Shown here: positions 9,023-18,119 of the stretch, piece by piece | Position numbering within the stretch: the stretch's first letter is position 1 | Layout: each line of letters starts with the position of its first letter | Assembly: GCF_028368995.1 (NCBI RefSeq) | Contig: NZ_JAQNDL010000004.1 | Location: 480,001-544,000 of the forward strand | Source of the DNA: Nannocystis bainbridge | GTDB taxonomy: Bacteria; Myxococcota_A; Polyangia; Nannocystales; Nannocystaceae | Length of the DNA stretch: 64,000 nt | Reading direction: 5' to 3' | Made by a program: the position numbers and the translations under genes | Notes under the pieces: generated by a model | Seen by the model: the letters and a program-made list of their open reading frames with translations, nothing else | Databases searched by the model: none | Told to the model about the DNA's origin: nothing

Positions 9023-10099
9023 TCAGGCGGGCTGGCCTTTGGGACAGGAGTTTTGCAGGCAGTGCTGCAGCCCGCACTTGAGGCTCGGCGTGGCGGGCAG
9101 GCGGGCCAGCTCGGGGCACACGGTCACGAGCTGGGCGACGGCGTCGGTGCCGACGCCCGAGAGCACGCACGCGGCCCCGAGGCGACGGACCGCGTGGGCG
9201 ATCTGGGCCACGGATTCGGCGTTGACGGTGTCGATCGCCTCGATCGCTTGCAGGTCGAGCACCACCCACGCGGCCTGTTGGCGCGAGATCGTCTCGGCGA
9301 GGCCGCCGATCGTCGCGGCCTGGCGGTCGCCGTCGAGGTGGCCGATCAGCGGCACCGCGAGCACGCCGTCCCAGATCTCGAGCACCGGCGAGGTGAGGCG
9401 CGCGATCTCCTGGCGCTGCGCGTGGATGACCGACATCTTGTGAAGCAGGTCGCGCTCGGCGGTGCGGCGGCGATCGGTCTCGAGCGCGAGCGTGACGGCG
9501 TCGGCGAGCGAGGCGACGAAGGCCAGCTCGTCGTCGGTCCAGACCCGCGGGCCGCCGATCGACTCGCAGCAGAGCACGCCCGACAGGCCGCCGCGCGAGC
9601 GGATCGGGGCGTCGAGGGTGGCGGACACGTCGTGCCGGCGAAAGTAGATGCTGCCGAACTCGCGGGTGCGGGGGTCGGTCTGCGCGTTCGCGGCGTCCAG
9701 CACCCGCGTGGTCGCCAGCGTGGCGAAATAAATCGGGAAATCGCAGCGGTAGAGCACGGCACCGGACGAGTGCGCGGAGGTCGCCACGTCGTACACGTCG
9801 GCGCACTCCAGGGCCGAAGCGTCGGGGGTAAAGAACCACACGCCGGCGCGATGGATGTCGAGGACTTCGGTCGCGGTCTCGGTGACGCGGCGGAGGGCGG
9901 TGGCGAGGTCGACGTCGGGCCGCTCACGGTCGCGGGACAGCTCGAGCAGCGCTCTCAGCTGGCGGGCGAGGTTGGAGTTGTCGCTCGCCGCGTCGCCGCC
10001 ACACATCAGCTCGGCGAGCACGCGCGCCCTGGCCCGGTCCGGGTCCTCTGCGATGCGGGCGGCGGCGACGATCCGCGCGGCTCGATCGAGCAGGTTCAT
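9023..10099 (-). CDS. GAF + STAS domain protein (RsbR-like)
   Basis: GAF (ATLDAPIRSRGGLSGVLCCE...RVWTDDELAFVASLA) then STAS (SPVLEIWDGVLAVPLIGHLD...VVLDL...IDT). Confidence 0.9.
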   Translation of the reverse strand: MNLLDRAARIVAAARIAEDPDRARARVLAELMCGGDAASDNSNLARQLRALLELSRDRERPDVDLATALRRVTETATEVLDIHRAGVWFFTPDASALECADVYDVATSAHSSGAVLYRCDFPIYFATLATTRVLDAANAQTDPRTREFGSIYFRRHDVSATLDAPIRSRGGLSGVLCCESIGGPRVWTDDELAFVASLADAVTLALETDRRRTAERDLLHKMSVIHAQRQEIARLTSPVLEIWDGVLAVPLIGHLDGDRQAATIGGLAETISRQQAAWVVLDLQAIEAIDTVNAESVAQIAHAVRRLGAACVLSGVGTDAVAQLVTVCPELARLPATPSLKCGLQHCLQNSCPKGQPA

Positions 10100-10251
10100 A
10101 CTTCCCCTCCAGAGCGAAGTATGACCGGCAACACCGGACGCGCGAGCGGCGAAGCCGCCCGATCGACATCACATGTCCCCAGGGACAGATCGAGGGCGGC
10201 CCGGGCGCTGGCGCCTGGGCGGGCAGATCGACGGTCAAGCTCGACCGCGTG

Positions 10252-10992
10252 TCACTCGAAGGTGACGACGAAGACCTCCTGCTCGCTGTCGGTGCCGGCG
10301 GCGCCGCTGGTGGCACTGTCATCTCCGCGGCGCGCGCGACGGATCTCGACCTCGCTGCGGTAGCCGAGCGCCTCGAGGGCGTTGACCGTGGTCTGAAACA
10401 GCGGGCGGCCGGGGTCCGCGAGCACGATCCGGCCGCCCGGGCGGCACAGGCGGGCCAGCGCCGGGGCGACCTGATCGGCGAGGCCGGCCTCGTAGACGAC
10501 ATCGCTGGCGAGCACGAGGTCGGCGGTGCCGAGGGCGGCGACCAGGGCGTCGGGGTCGGCGACGTCGCCCTGGTGATAGGCGATGACGGCGTCGTTGAGG
10601 GCGGCGTTGCGGCGCAGCAGGGCGAGCACGTCGGGGTGGGCGTCGCAGGCGAGGACGTGAGCGCCGAGGCGGGCGGCGACCAGGCCGGGCAGGCCGAGGC
10701 CGCAGCCGACCTCGATGACCCGGCGGCCGCGGACCAGCGCCGGTCGCTCGCCGAGGTGGGCCGCGAGCGCGCGGCCTGCCGACCACAGGGTGCCGAAGTA
10801 CGGGACGAGGCGCAGCGCCTCGGCGTCGTCGAGGCTGCGGCCGACCTCGTCGCACAGGGCGTCGATGGCGGCGTCGAGGCTGGCGACGACGTCGAGCTCG
10901 ACGACGACGCCGCCGCACAGCTCGCGGACGCGGCGCAAGGGGTAGTCGAAGCGGCTGCCCGAAAGGACAGGTGAAGCGGCGGGGGGGGTCAT
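10252..10992 (-). CDS. class I SAM-dependent methyltransferase (Methyltransf_16-like)
   Basis: PYFGTLWSAGRALA, VIEVGCGLGLPG, DLVLASDVVYE, LADPGR motifs. Confidence 0.85.
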   Translation of the reverse strand: MTPPAASPVLSGSRFDYPLRRVRELCGGVVVELDVVASLDAAIDALCDEVGRSLDDAEALRLVPYFGTLWSAGRALAAHLGERPALVRGRRVIEVGCGLGLPGLVAARLGAHVLACDAHPDVLALLRRNAALNDAVIAYHQGDVADPDALVAALGTADLVLASDVVYEAGLADQVAPALARLCRPGGRIVLADPGRPLFQTTVNALEALGYRSEVEIRRARRGDDSATSGAAGTDSEQEVFVVTFE

Positions 10993-11138
10993 GGTCGGGG
11001 AGGGGGTCCGAAGGGACAGGCGAGGTGCGGGTCAGCGGTCGCGCGGGACCGTGGAGAATGGCTGCCCGAAAGGACAGGCGAAGAGACGGGGTTGCGAGGC
11101 GGAGGGGCGGGTGTTCCTCGTGGATGTCCGAAGGGACA
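10956..11138. repeat. four dispersed TGTC-N6-GACA-like sites within a locally duplicated segment
   Basis: tgcccgaaaggaca (twice), ggtccgaagggaca, and perfect tgtccgaagggaca at 11125. Confidence 0.75.
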
Positions 11139-11156
11139 GGTGAACCTTCGCCCGCG

Positions 11157-12197
11157 TCAGCGGTCGATCGTGAGGACCACCTTGCCGAACTGTTCGCGGC
11201 GGTCGAGGTAGCGGTGGGCGGCCTCGGCCTCGGCGAGGGGGAAGGTGCGGTCGAGGATGGGCTTCAGCTCGCCGCGGCCGACGTGGGCGAGGATCGGGAA
11301 CAGCATCGACTTGCTGCCCATGGTGCTGCCGAGGACCTGCAACTGCCGGAAGAACACCTGGCGCAGGTCGGTGGTGGCGGCGTGGCCCGAGGTCGCGCCG
11401 CAGGTGACGACCGCGCCGCCGCGCTTGCAAAGGCGCAGGCTGGCCTCCCAGGTGGCGGCGCCGGTGTGCTCGAACACGACGTCGACGCCGCGCTTGTGCA
11501 CCCACGGCACGCCCCGCACGCGCCGCTCCCACTCGGGGTCGTCGCTGCGGAAGGTGAGCTCGGCCCCGAGCTCGCGCGCGCGGGCCAGCTTGGCGTCGGT
11601 GCTGGCGAGGGCGATCACGCGGGCGCCGAACAGGCGGGCGATCTGCAGGCCGGCGACGCCGACGCCGCTGCCGACGGCGTGGATCAGGACCGTCTGCCCG
11701 GGCTTCACCTGCGCGCGCGCGACCAGCATCTGCCAGGCGGTGAGGAAGGTCAGCGGGACGGCGGCGGCGCTGACGAAATCGAGGTTTTCGGGCTTGGGCA
11801 GCAGGTTCTGGGCCGGCACGGCGATCTGCTCGCAGTAGCCGCCGGGGAGCTGCTCGCCGAGGATGCCGTACTTGGGGCACAGGTTGTCCCAGCCCGACAG
11901 GCAGGCCTCGCACTGGCCGCACGAGACGCCGGGGCTGACGACGACCTCGGCGCCGACCCTGGCCGGGTCGACGCCGGGACCCACGGCGGTGACGACGCCG
12001 GCGATGTCGCAGCCGAGCACGTGCGGCAGCGGCAGCTTGAGGCCCGGCAGGCCGCCGCGGACCCACAGGTCGAGGCGGTTGAGGGCGCAGGCGCGGACCT
12101 CGACCAGCGCCTGACCGGGGCCGGGCTCGGGGTCGGGCAGGTCGGCGAGCTCGAGGACGCTGGGGTCGCCGTGGCGGCGGAGGACGACGGCTCTCAT
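11157..12197 (-). CDS. zinc-binding MDR-family alcohol dehydrogenase/oxidoreductase
   Basis: ALNRLD, CGQCEACLSGWDNLC Zn site, HAVGSGVG, GATSG, FGKVVL. Confidence 0.93.
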   Translation of the reverse strand: MRAVVLRRHGDPSVLELADLPDPEPGPGQALVEVRACALNRLDLWVRGGLPGLKLPLPHVLGCDIAGVVTAVGPGVDPARVGAEVVVSPGVSCGQCEACLSGWDNLCPKYGILGEQLPGGYCEQIAVPAQNLLPKPENLDFVSAAAVPLTFLTAWQMLVARAQVKPGQTVLIHAVGSGVGVAGLQIARLFGARVIALASTDAKLARARELGAELTFRSDDPEWERRVRGVPWVHKRGVDVVFEHTGAATWEASLRLCKRGGAVVTCGATSGHAATTDLRQVFFRQLQVLGSTMGSKSMLFPILAHVGRGELKPILDRTFPLAEAEAAHRYLDRREQFGKVVLTIDR

Positions 12198-12270
12198 GGC
12201 GGCAGCTCCAGGTGCGAGGGACAGGGCGAAACGGACAGGCGAGGACCGCGGTCGGATGCTGAGAGGGAAG

Positions 12271-12354
12271 GATCGCGGAGGACAGGGCGAAACGGACAGG
12301 TCGGAGAGGACAGGTCGGAGAGGACAGGTCGCGGAGGACAGGTCGGAGAGGACA
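12271..12354. repeat. array of 6 14-bp units (GGTC-N6-GACA variant)
   Basis: gatcgcggaggaca|gggcgaaacggaca|ggtcggagaggaca|ggtcggagaggaca|ggtcgcggaggaca|ggtcggagaggaca. Confidence 0.9.
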
Positions 12355-12362
12355 GGCGAGCG

Positions 12363-13355
12363 TCAGCGAAGGGCGGCGAAGTTGACGTTCTCGCCGTCGT
12401 GCACGGCGTCGACGAACTCCTGCACGACCGCGCTGATGTCGCCCGAGCGGGCCTTGCCGGCCTTGATCGCCTGCGACAGGGCGTCGGCGGCGGCGGCGTA
12501 GTCGGCCAGGCTCTCGGCGAACTGCGGCAGCCAGAACACGGCCGACGCGGCCTTCGGGTCGGAGTCGTAGGCGGCGCGGAACTCGGCGTAGGCGCCGGTG
12601 AAGGCGCCGTGGAAGGCCTCGCACACGCCGGCGGTGAACTCGTCGTGGTCGCCGATGCAGCGCACGTACGGCTTGGCCTGGATGAGGGCGTTGCGGGTGT
12701 GCCACTCGAGGCCGGCGCCGACGCGGGCCTCGATCTCGGCCAGGACCGCGGCGTCGAGCCGGCCCTGGCGGGCGGCGATCTGCTCCTCGAGGCCGCGCCG
12801 CGACTCGTCCCAGGCGCGGTAGGCGTCGCTGAAGTTGTTGTAGATCGGCGAGCGCTCGCCGTCCTCTTCGATCGAGGATGACCTGTGCGACATGTCCTCG
12901 CGGACAGCGTCGATGGTGGCGGCGAACACTTTGGAGGTGTCGTTGTAGACCGCGGCGGCCTGCTCGAGCGCCGGCTGCGGCGGCTTGAGCAGCGGCCCCT
13001 CGCGCTCGGCCTTGTCGCACTGGCCGAGCGCCTCCGGCGGGATCTCGGCCGGCGGGGTGCGGGTGCGCCCGGCGAACGCGGCCGCGCCCTCGCGGTAGGC
13101 GTCGTACAGCGGCACGCGGGTGGCGCCGACGCAGTCGACGTAGAGCCGGAGCTTGTTGAGGACGAGCTCGGGCGGCAGCCGGTCGGGCTCCTCGGGCCGC
13201 TTCTTGTCGGTCGAGGTCAGGCCCTGCTGCAGGCGCTCGCTGATCTGCCGCTGGAGCCCCGCGACGCCGCCGTTGCAGGCGAGGCCGGCGCACAGCGGCG
13301 CGGCGAGCAGCAGCCCGCGGAGCCGAGAGTCGTGCGTGGCCGGGCCCAGGGTCAT
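12363..13355 (-). CDS. putative helical lipoprotein (DUF3829/YiiG-like)
   Basis: Lipobox-like LCAGLAC; NKLRLYVDCV and CDKA...PPQPALEQAAAVY resemble DUF3829. Confidence 0.6.
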   Translation of the reverse strand: MTLGPATHDSRLRGLLLAAPLCAGLACNGGVAGLQRQISERLQQGLTSTDKKRPEEPDRLPPELVLNKLRLYVDCVGATRVPLYDAYREGAAAFAGRTRTPPAEIPPEALGQCDKAEREGPLLKPPQPALEQAAAVYNDTSKVFAATIDAVREDMSHRSSSIEEDGERSPIYNNFSDAYRAWDESRRGLEEQIAARQGRLDAAVLAEIEARVGAGLEWHTRNALIQAKPYVRCIGDHDEFTAGVCEAFHGAFTGAYAEFRAAYDSDPKAASAVFWLPQFAESLADYAAAADALSQAIKAGKARSGDISAVVQEFVDAVHDGENVNFAALR

Positions 13356-13459
13356 TGCGAGCGGCAGAGCAGCGTGCCAGGGCCGACCGCGCCCCGCAAG
13401 CGCCCGGGCGGCCAGCGAGCCCGTCGACGCGGCGCGGAGGTCATGAGGAACGGCGCGCG

Positions 13460-14515
13460 TCAGACCCAGTGCGGGTCTTCGGGGACGATGATGCGCAGGT
13501 AGTGGAAGAGGTTGCGGATCCGGTAGTGATCGGTCGACACGTACTCTTCGCCGTCGATCTGCGAGGGGACCGGGCCCATGCCTGCGGGGCGGAAGATCTT
13601 GACCTCGATCTGCGAGCCGCGCGGGATCTGCTTGGGCGCGAGGCCGAGGACCGCGAGGTCGTCCTGGGTCACCGGGTTGCGCTTGTGGGCCCGGATCGTG
13701 ATGGCGCCCCAGTCGGCGGGGTTGTCGACGATGATGACCTCGAACTTGCCGTCGTCGGGCTTGCTGGTGGGGTCGAAGATCCAGTCGCCGCCGTACAGGA
13801 CGGTGCCCTTGATGACGATGTCGTTGATGCCGCCGAGCTCGCGGGTCTCGCCGTCAATGGTGATGATCGCGGCGAAGCGGGCCTTGCCGATCAGCGACTT
13901 GAGGGCGTTCTTGGCCAGGCTCGACAGGCCGGCGCGGATGTACACCAGCTTGTCGCGGTAGAGCTGGCGCAGAACCGGGATCTTGGCGACGATCTTGCGG
14001 TCGCGGTTGCGCTTGGCCAGGATCTGCGCCGAAAGGCCGAGGCCCCAGCTGTCGAACCAGAGGTCCTGATCGACGACCTCGCCGGCGGCGTCGATGGCCT
14101 CGACCTGGCCGACGTCGAGCCACTGCTCGACGCCGCCGGCGATGATGGCGATGTTGTGGGGCAGCGCCTTGAGGCCGGAGTGGATGCCGAAGCTGCGGCC
14201 CTGGTCGTTGGCGGTGCCCATCGGCAACATGCCCATCGGCGTGTCGCTGCCGCAGCGCTCGCGGGCGAGGATGATGCCCTTGGCGGTCTCGGCGAAGGTG
14301 CCGTCGCCGCCGAGGTAGATCACCCGGGCGACGTCGCCGCGCTCGAGCCGTTCGGCGAGCGCCGCGACCGTGGCTCCCTGCGGAAGCGTGGAGAAGAACT
14401 CGGGCTCGAGGCGGGCCTTCGTCAGACCCTCCATCGCCGCGGCGATCGCCGCCTCGGCCTTGCCGCTGCGAGCCGTGGGGTTGCCGACGAGCAGCGAGAC
14501 GCGAGGGCGAGGCAC
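13460..14515 (-). CDS. diacylglycerol kinase family lipid kinase
   Basis: NPTARSG, GGDGT, LPMGTAND, DDGKFEV, QIDGE motifs. Confidence 0.92.
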   Translation of the reverse strand: MPRPRVSLLVGNPTARSGKAEAAIAAAMEGLTKARLEPEFFSTLPQGATVAALAERLERGDVARVIYLGGDGTFAETAKGIILARERCGSDTPMGMLPMGTANDQGRSFGIHSGLKALPHNIAIIAGGVEQWLDVGQVEAIDAAGEVVDQDLWFDSWGLGLSAQILAKRNRDRKIVAKIPVLRQLYRDKLVYIRAGLSSLAKNALKSLIGKARFAAIITIDGETRELGGINDIVIKGTVLYGGDWIFDPTSKPDDGKFEVIIVDNPADWGAITIRAHKRNPVTQDDLAVLGLAPKQIPRGSQIEVKIFRPAGMGPVPSQIDGEEYVSTDHYRIRNLFHYLRIIVPEDPHWV

Positions 14516-14705
14516 GGCGGCGGAAGGCTAAACCTCCGGGCCCGCGGCGGGCAAGTCCGCGCGAGGGAGCGCACGCGTCGCGCGGCCGGGTCGCGCCGGC
14601 CGCCGGGCCCCGGTCGCGTCCTGCTTCGGGTTTCAGCGCCCCGCACCCGGGGAGGTCACGCGAGCGCGACGCGCAGCCGCCGCGCGGATCTGATACCCAA
14701 CCGGG

Positions 14706-16979
14706 ATGCTCCGCACCCTCCCCGCAGCGCTGCCTTCCAGCCTCACCCTCGTGCTCCTGATCGCCGGTTGCGCCGGCAAGGGCGCCGACTCGGCCACGCC
14801 GAACGGCGGCGGCGAGAGCGTGACCCAAGAGCCAGATCAGGCCAAGGCCACGGTCAAGTTCGAGAACCCCGGCGGGATGTGGATGCCCGGGCAGATGACG
14901 GCCCACGCGGAGACGCTGAAGAGCCTCGGGCTCACCTACGACCCGGCCGCGCTGACCGACCCGACGGCGTTCCCGCTCGGCGCGATCGTCAGCCTCGGCG
15001 GCTGTTCGGCCTCGTTCGTGTCGCCCGAGGGCCTGATCGTCACCAACCACCACTGCGTGACGCGCTACCTGCAGTCCAACTCGACGCCCGAGAACAACCT
15101 GCTCGATAACGGCTACCTGGCCAAGACCCGCGCCGACGAGAAGTCGGGTGGCCCGGCGGCGCGCGTGTTCGTGACGACCGCGTTCACCGACGTGACCGAC
15201 AAGGTGGTCGGCGGGCTCGAGGGCGTGGCGGACGACAAGCGCGGGGGCCAGATCGAGGATCGCCGCAAGCAGCTGGTCGGCACGTGCGAGGGCGGCCGCG
15301 CGGGCGTGCGCTGCACGGTGGCGAGCTTCTACGAGGGGGCGCAGTTCTACCAGATCGAGCAGACCGAGCTCCGCGACGTGCGCCTGGTGTACGCGCCGCA
15401 CGAGGGCATCGGCGTGTTCGGCGGCGACATCGACAACTGGCGCTGGCCGCGTCACACCGGCGACTTCTCGTTCCTGCGCGCGTACGTCGGCAAGGACGGC
15501 CAGCCGGCCGACTACTCGCCCGAGAACGTGCCGTTCAAGCCGAAGCACCACCTGAAGGTGGCGACCGACAAGGCGACCGAGGGCAGCCTGGTGATGGTGG
15601 CCGGCTACCCGGGCCGCACGCAGCGGCTCAAGACGTCGGCCGAGGCGCAGCAGGCGGCCGACTGGTACTACAGCCGCCAGATCCAGCTGTACGAGGAGCT
15701 GATCGCGGTCATGGAGGGCATCGGCAAGCTGGACCCGAAGGCGTCGATCGCCGGGGCGTCGCGGCTGCGCGGGCTCCACAACTACCTGCTCAACTTCCGC
15801 GGCATGCGCGACGGCCTGGTCAAGGGCGGGGTGGCCGGCGACAAGGCCCGCATCGAGGGCGAGCTGCAGACTTGGATCGAGGCCGACGAGGCGCGCAAGG
15901 CCAAGTACGGCGACGTGCTGGCGCAGATGGCGGCGCTGACGACCGAGAAGGCCAAGACGCGCGAGCGCGACGCGGCCCACGACGAGCTGGTGCGCGGCTC
16001 GCTGCTGCTCGGTGCGGCCGAGACGATCGTGCGCCTGGCCGACGAGCGGGCCAAGCCCGACGACCAGCGCCGGCTCGGCATGCAGACCCGCGACGAGCGG
16101 GACCTCGAGCAGTCGATGCAGGCGCTGCAGGCCAACTACCACCCCGACCTCGATCGCGCGGTGTTCCGCCTGTACCTGCAGCGCGCGTCCAAGCTGCCGG
16201 AGGCCGAGCGGCCCGAGGTGCTGACGGCGATCGTCGGCAAGAAGGGCACGATCACCGACCTCGACATCGACCGCGCGCTCGACAAGCTCTACAAGGCGAC
16301 CAAGCTCGGCGACGCGGTGGTCCGGCTCGAGGCGCTGCGGGCGGCCAGCACCAAGTCGATCAAGGCCAGCAGCGATCCGTTCATCAAGCTGGCGCTCAAG
16401 CTGAAGCCGCTCAACGAGGCCAACAAGAAGCAGAGCGAGGCGACCACCGGGGCGATGGCCTCGCTGCGCCCGCGCTACATCGAGGCGCTGCGCGCGTTCC
16501 ACAACGGGACGCTGGCGCCCGACGCCAACTCGACGCTGCGCGTGACCTTCGGGACCATCCGCGGCTACTCGCCGTCGGCCGGCGCGCCGGTCTACAAGCC
16601 GTTCACCTCGGTGTCGGAGATGGTGAAGAAGAACACCGGCGAGGAGCCGTTCGCGGCGCCCAAGGGGGCCCTCGACGCGGTCTCGGCCCGGCGCTTCGGG
16701 CCCTACGCGGCGCCGGAGCTCGGCGAGGTGCCGGTCAACTTCCTCGCCGACCTCGACATCACCGGCGGCAACTCGGGCTCGGCGACGCTCAACGCTCGCG
16801 GCGAGATCACCGGCCTGGTGTTCGACGGCAACATCGAAGCGATGGCCAGCGACTGGGTGTTCATGCCGCCGATCACCCGCTCGATCCACGTCGACATCCG
16901 CTACGTGCTGTGGGTGATGGACGCGGTCGACGGCGCCGACCACCTGCTCACCGAGCTCGGCGTGACCCCGGCGGTCTGA
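14706..16979 (+). CDS. S46 family dipeptidyl peptidase (lipoprotein)
   Basis: GGMWMP, GGCSASFVSPEGLIVTNHHC, DNWRWPRHTGDFS, DITGGNSGS; lipobox LIAGC. Confidence 0.95.
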   Translation: MLRTLPAALPSSLTLVLLIAGCAGKGADSATPNGGGESVTQEPDQAKATVKFENPGGMWMPGQMTAHAETLKSLGLTYDPAALTDPTAFPLGAIVSLGGCSASFVSPEGLIVTNHHCVTRYLQSNSTPENNLLDNGYLAKTRADEKSGGPAARVFVTTAFTDVTDKVVGGLEGVADDKRGGQIEDRRKQLVGTCEGGRAGVRCTVASFYEGAQFYQIEQTELRDVRLVYAPHEGIGVFGGDIDNWRWPRHTGDFSFLRAYVGKDGQPADYSPENVPFKPKHHLKVATDKATEGSLVMVAGYPGRTQRLKTSAEAQQAADWYYSRQIQLYEELIAVMEGIGKLDPKASIAGASRLRGLHNYLLNFRGMRDGLVKGGVAGDKARIEGELQTWIEADEARKAKYGDVLAQMAALTTEKAKTRERDAAHDELVRGSLLLGAAETIVRLADERAKPDDQRRLGMQTRDERDLEQSMQALQANYHPDLDRAVFRLYLQRASKLPEAERPEVLTAIVGKKGTITDLDIDRALDKLYKATKLGDAVVRLEALRAASTKSIKASSDPFIKLALKLKPLNEANKKQSEATTGAMASLRPRYIEALRAFHNGTLAPDANSTLRVTFGTIRGYSPSAGAPVYKPFTSVSEMVKKNTGEEPFAAPKGALDAVSARRFGPYAAPELGEVPVNFLADLDITGGNSGSATLNARGEITGLVFDGNIEAMASDWVFMPPITRSIHVDIRYVLWVMDAVDGADHLLTELGVTPAV

Positions 16980-16997
16980 GGCCGCGGTGAAACGAGC

Positions 16998-17036
16998 ACG
17001 ACCCCGGGGGCGCGGCTCCCGGGGTCGTTCTTCTTC
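16998..17036 (+). terminator. probable intrinsic terminator
   Basis: Stem acgaccccggg / cccggggtcgt followed by tcttcttc, just after the S46 stop. Confidence 0.6.
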
Positions 17037-17136
17037 ATGGTGCGAGCACGACGCGAGAGCGCGGCCTTCGGCGCCGCGGCCTTGCGCTTGTCGCCCGCGC
17101 GGGCCCGGCCTAGGCTGGGGAACCGGAGGAGCGCCC

Positions 17137-17958
17137 GTGAACCTCGTCTGCCCGCGGATCACCAGGGACATGCTCGCGCGCGACTGCGCGGCGCTCGGCG
17201 TCGGGCCGGGCGACACGGTGATGGTGCACGCGTCGCTGCGCGCGGTCGGGCCGCTGCTCGGTGGGCCCGATGCGCTGATCGACGCGATCCTCGAGGCGGT
17301 CGGCGCGGCGGGGACGATGATGGTCTACCTCGGCTGTCCTTCGCCGTACGACGACCTCGGTCGCGGGCTCTACTCGGCCGAGGACGAGCGCTTCATCGAA
17401 GAGCACTGTCCGCCGTTCGACCCGTACCTGACGCGGGCGAGCCGCGATTTCGGGATCCTGGCCGAGTTCTTCCGCGGCCACCCGCGGGTCCGCTGCAGCG
17501 CCAATCCGGGCATGCGCATGGCCGCCGTGGGGGCGCGCGCCGAATTCCTGACCCGCGACCACGGGCCGGACTTCGGGCTCGGCGAGGGCTCGCCGCTGGC
17601 GCGGCTGTGCGACGTCGGCGGCAAGGTGCTGCTGGTCGGCTCCGACCTCGACCAGGTGACGCTGCTGCACTACGCCGAGGCGGTGGCGTCGATCGAGGGC
17701 AAGCGGCTGGCCCACGTGCGCGTGCCGGTGCTGCGCGAGGGGGTCCGCGTGTGGCAGGACGCCGTGGAGTTCGACACCAACCACGGGATCTGCGACTGGC
17801 CCGATCGGTTCTTCGGCACGATCGTGGAGGGGTTCATCGCCGCCGGTCACGCGCGCAGCGGGCCGATCGGCCAGGCGGGCTGCCACCTGCTGCCGGGCCG
17901 CGCGTTGGTCGAGTTCGCGGCGCCGATCATGGCGGCGACGGCGCGGCAGGCGGGGTGA
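17137..17958 (+). CDS. aminoglycoside 3-N-acetyltransferase family protein (Antibiotic_NAT)
   Basis: GDTVMVHASLRAVG, PPFDP...ASRDFGILAE, GEGSPLARL, TLLHYAE; GTG 17137 preceded by GGAGGA. Confidence 0.9.
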   Translation: MNLVCPRITRDMLARDCAALGVGPGDTVMVHASLRAVGPLLGGPDALIDAILEAVGAAGTMMVYLGCPSPYDDLGRGLYSAEDERFIEEHCPPFDPYLTRASRDFGILAEFFRGHPRVRCSANPGMRMAAVGARAEFLTRDHGPDFGLGEGSPLARLCDVGGKVLLVGSDLDQVTLLHYAEAVASIEGKRLAHVRVPVLREGVRVWQDAVEFDTNHGICDWPDRFFGTIVEGFIAAGHARSGPIGQAGCHLLPGRALVEFAAPIMAATARQAG

Positions 17959-18054
17959 GCGAAGGGACATGTCCGATGGGACATTCCCTCGAGGACATGG
18001 GCTTCGGGGCAGGTCTTTGGGAGCATGTCCGATAGGACATGACGTGAGGCGACA
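17956..18054. repeat. array of ~7 TGTC-N6-GACA-like units beginning at the stop codon
   Basis: tgagcgaagggaca|tgtccgatgggaca|ttccctcgaggaca|tgggcttcggggca|ggtctttgggagca|tgtccgataggaca|tgacgtgaggcgaca (last unit 15 bp). Confidence 0.88.
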
Positions 18055-18119
18055 TGGGCCGGCGCCGACGCGACGAGCGTGGCCGGCGTGCTGACCCCCA
18101 GCGCGGGGGAATGCGCCGC

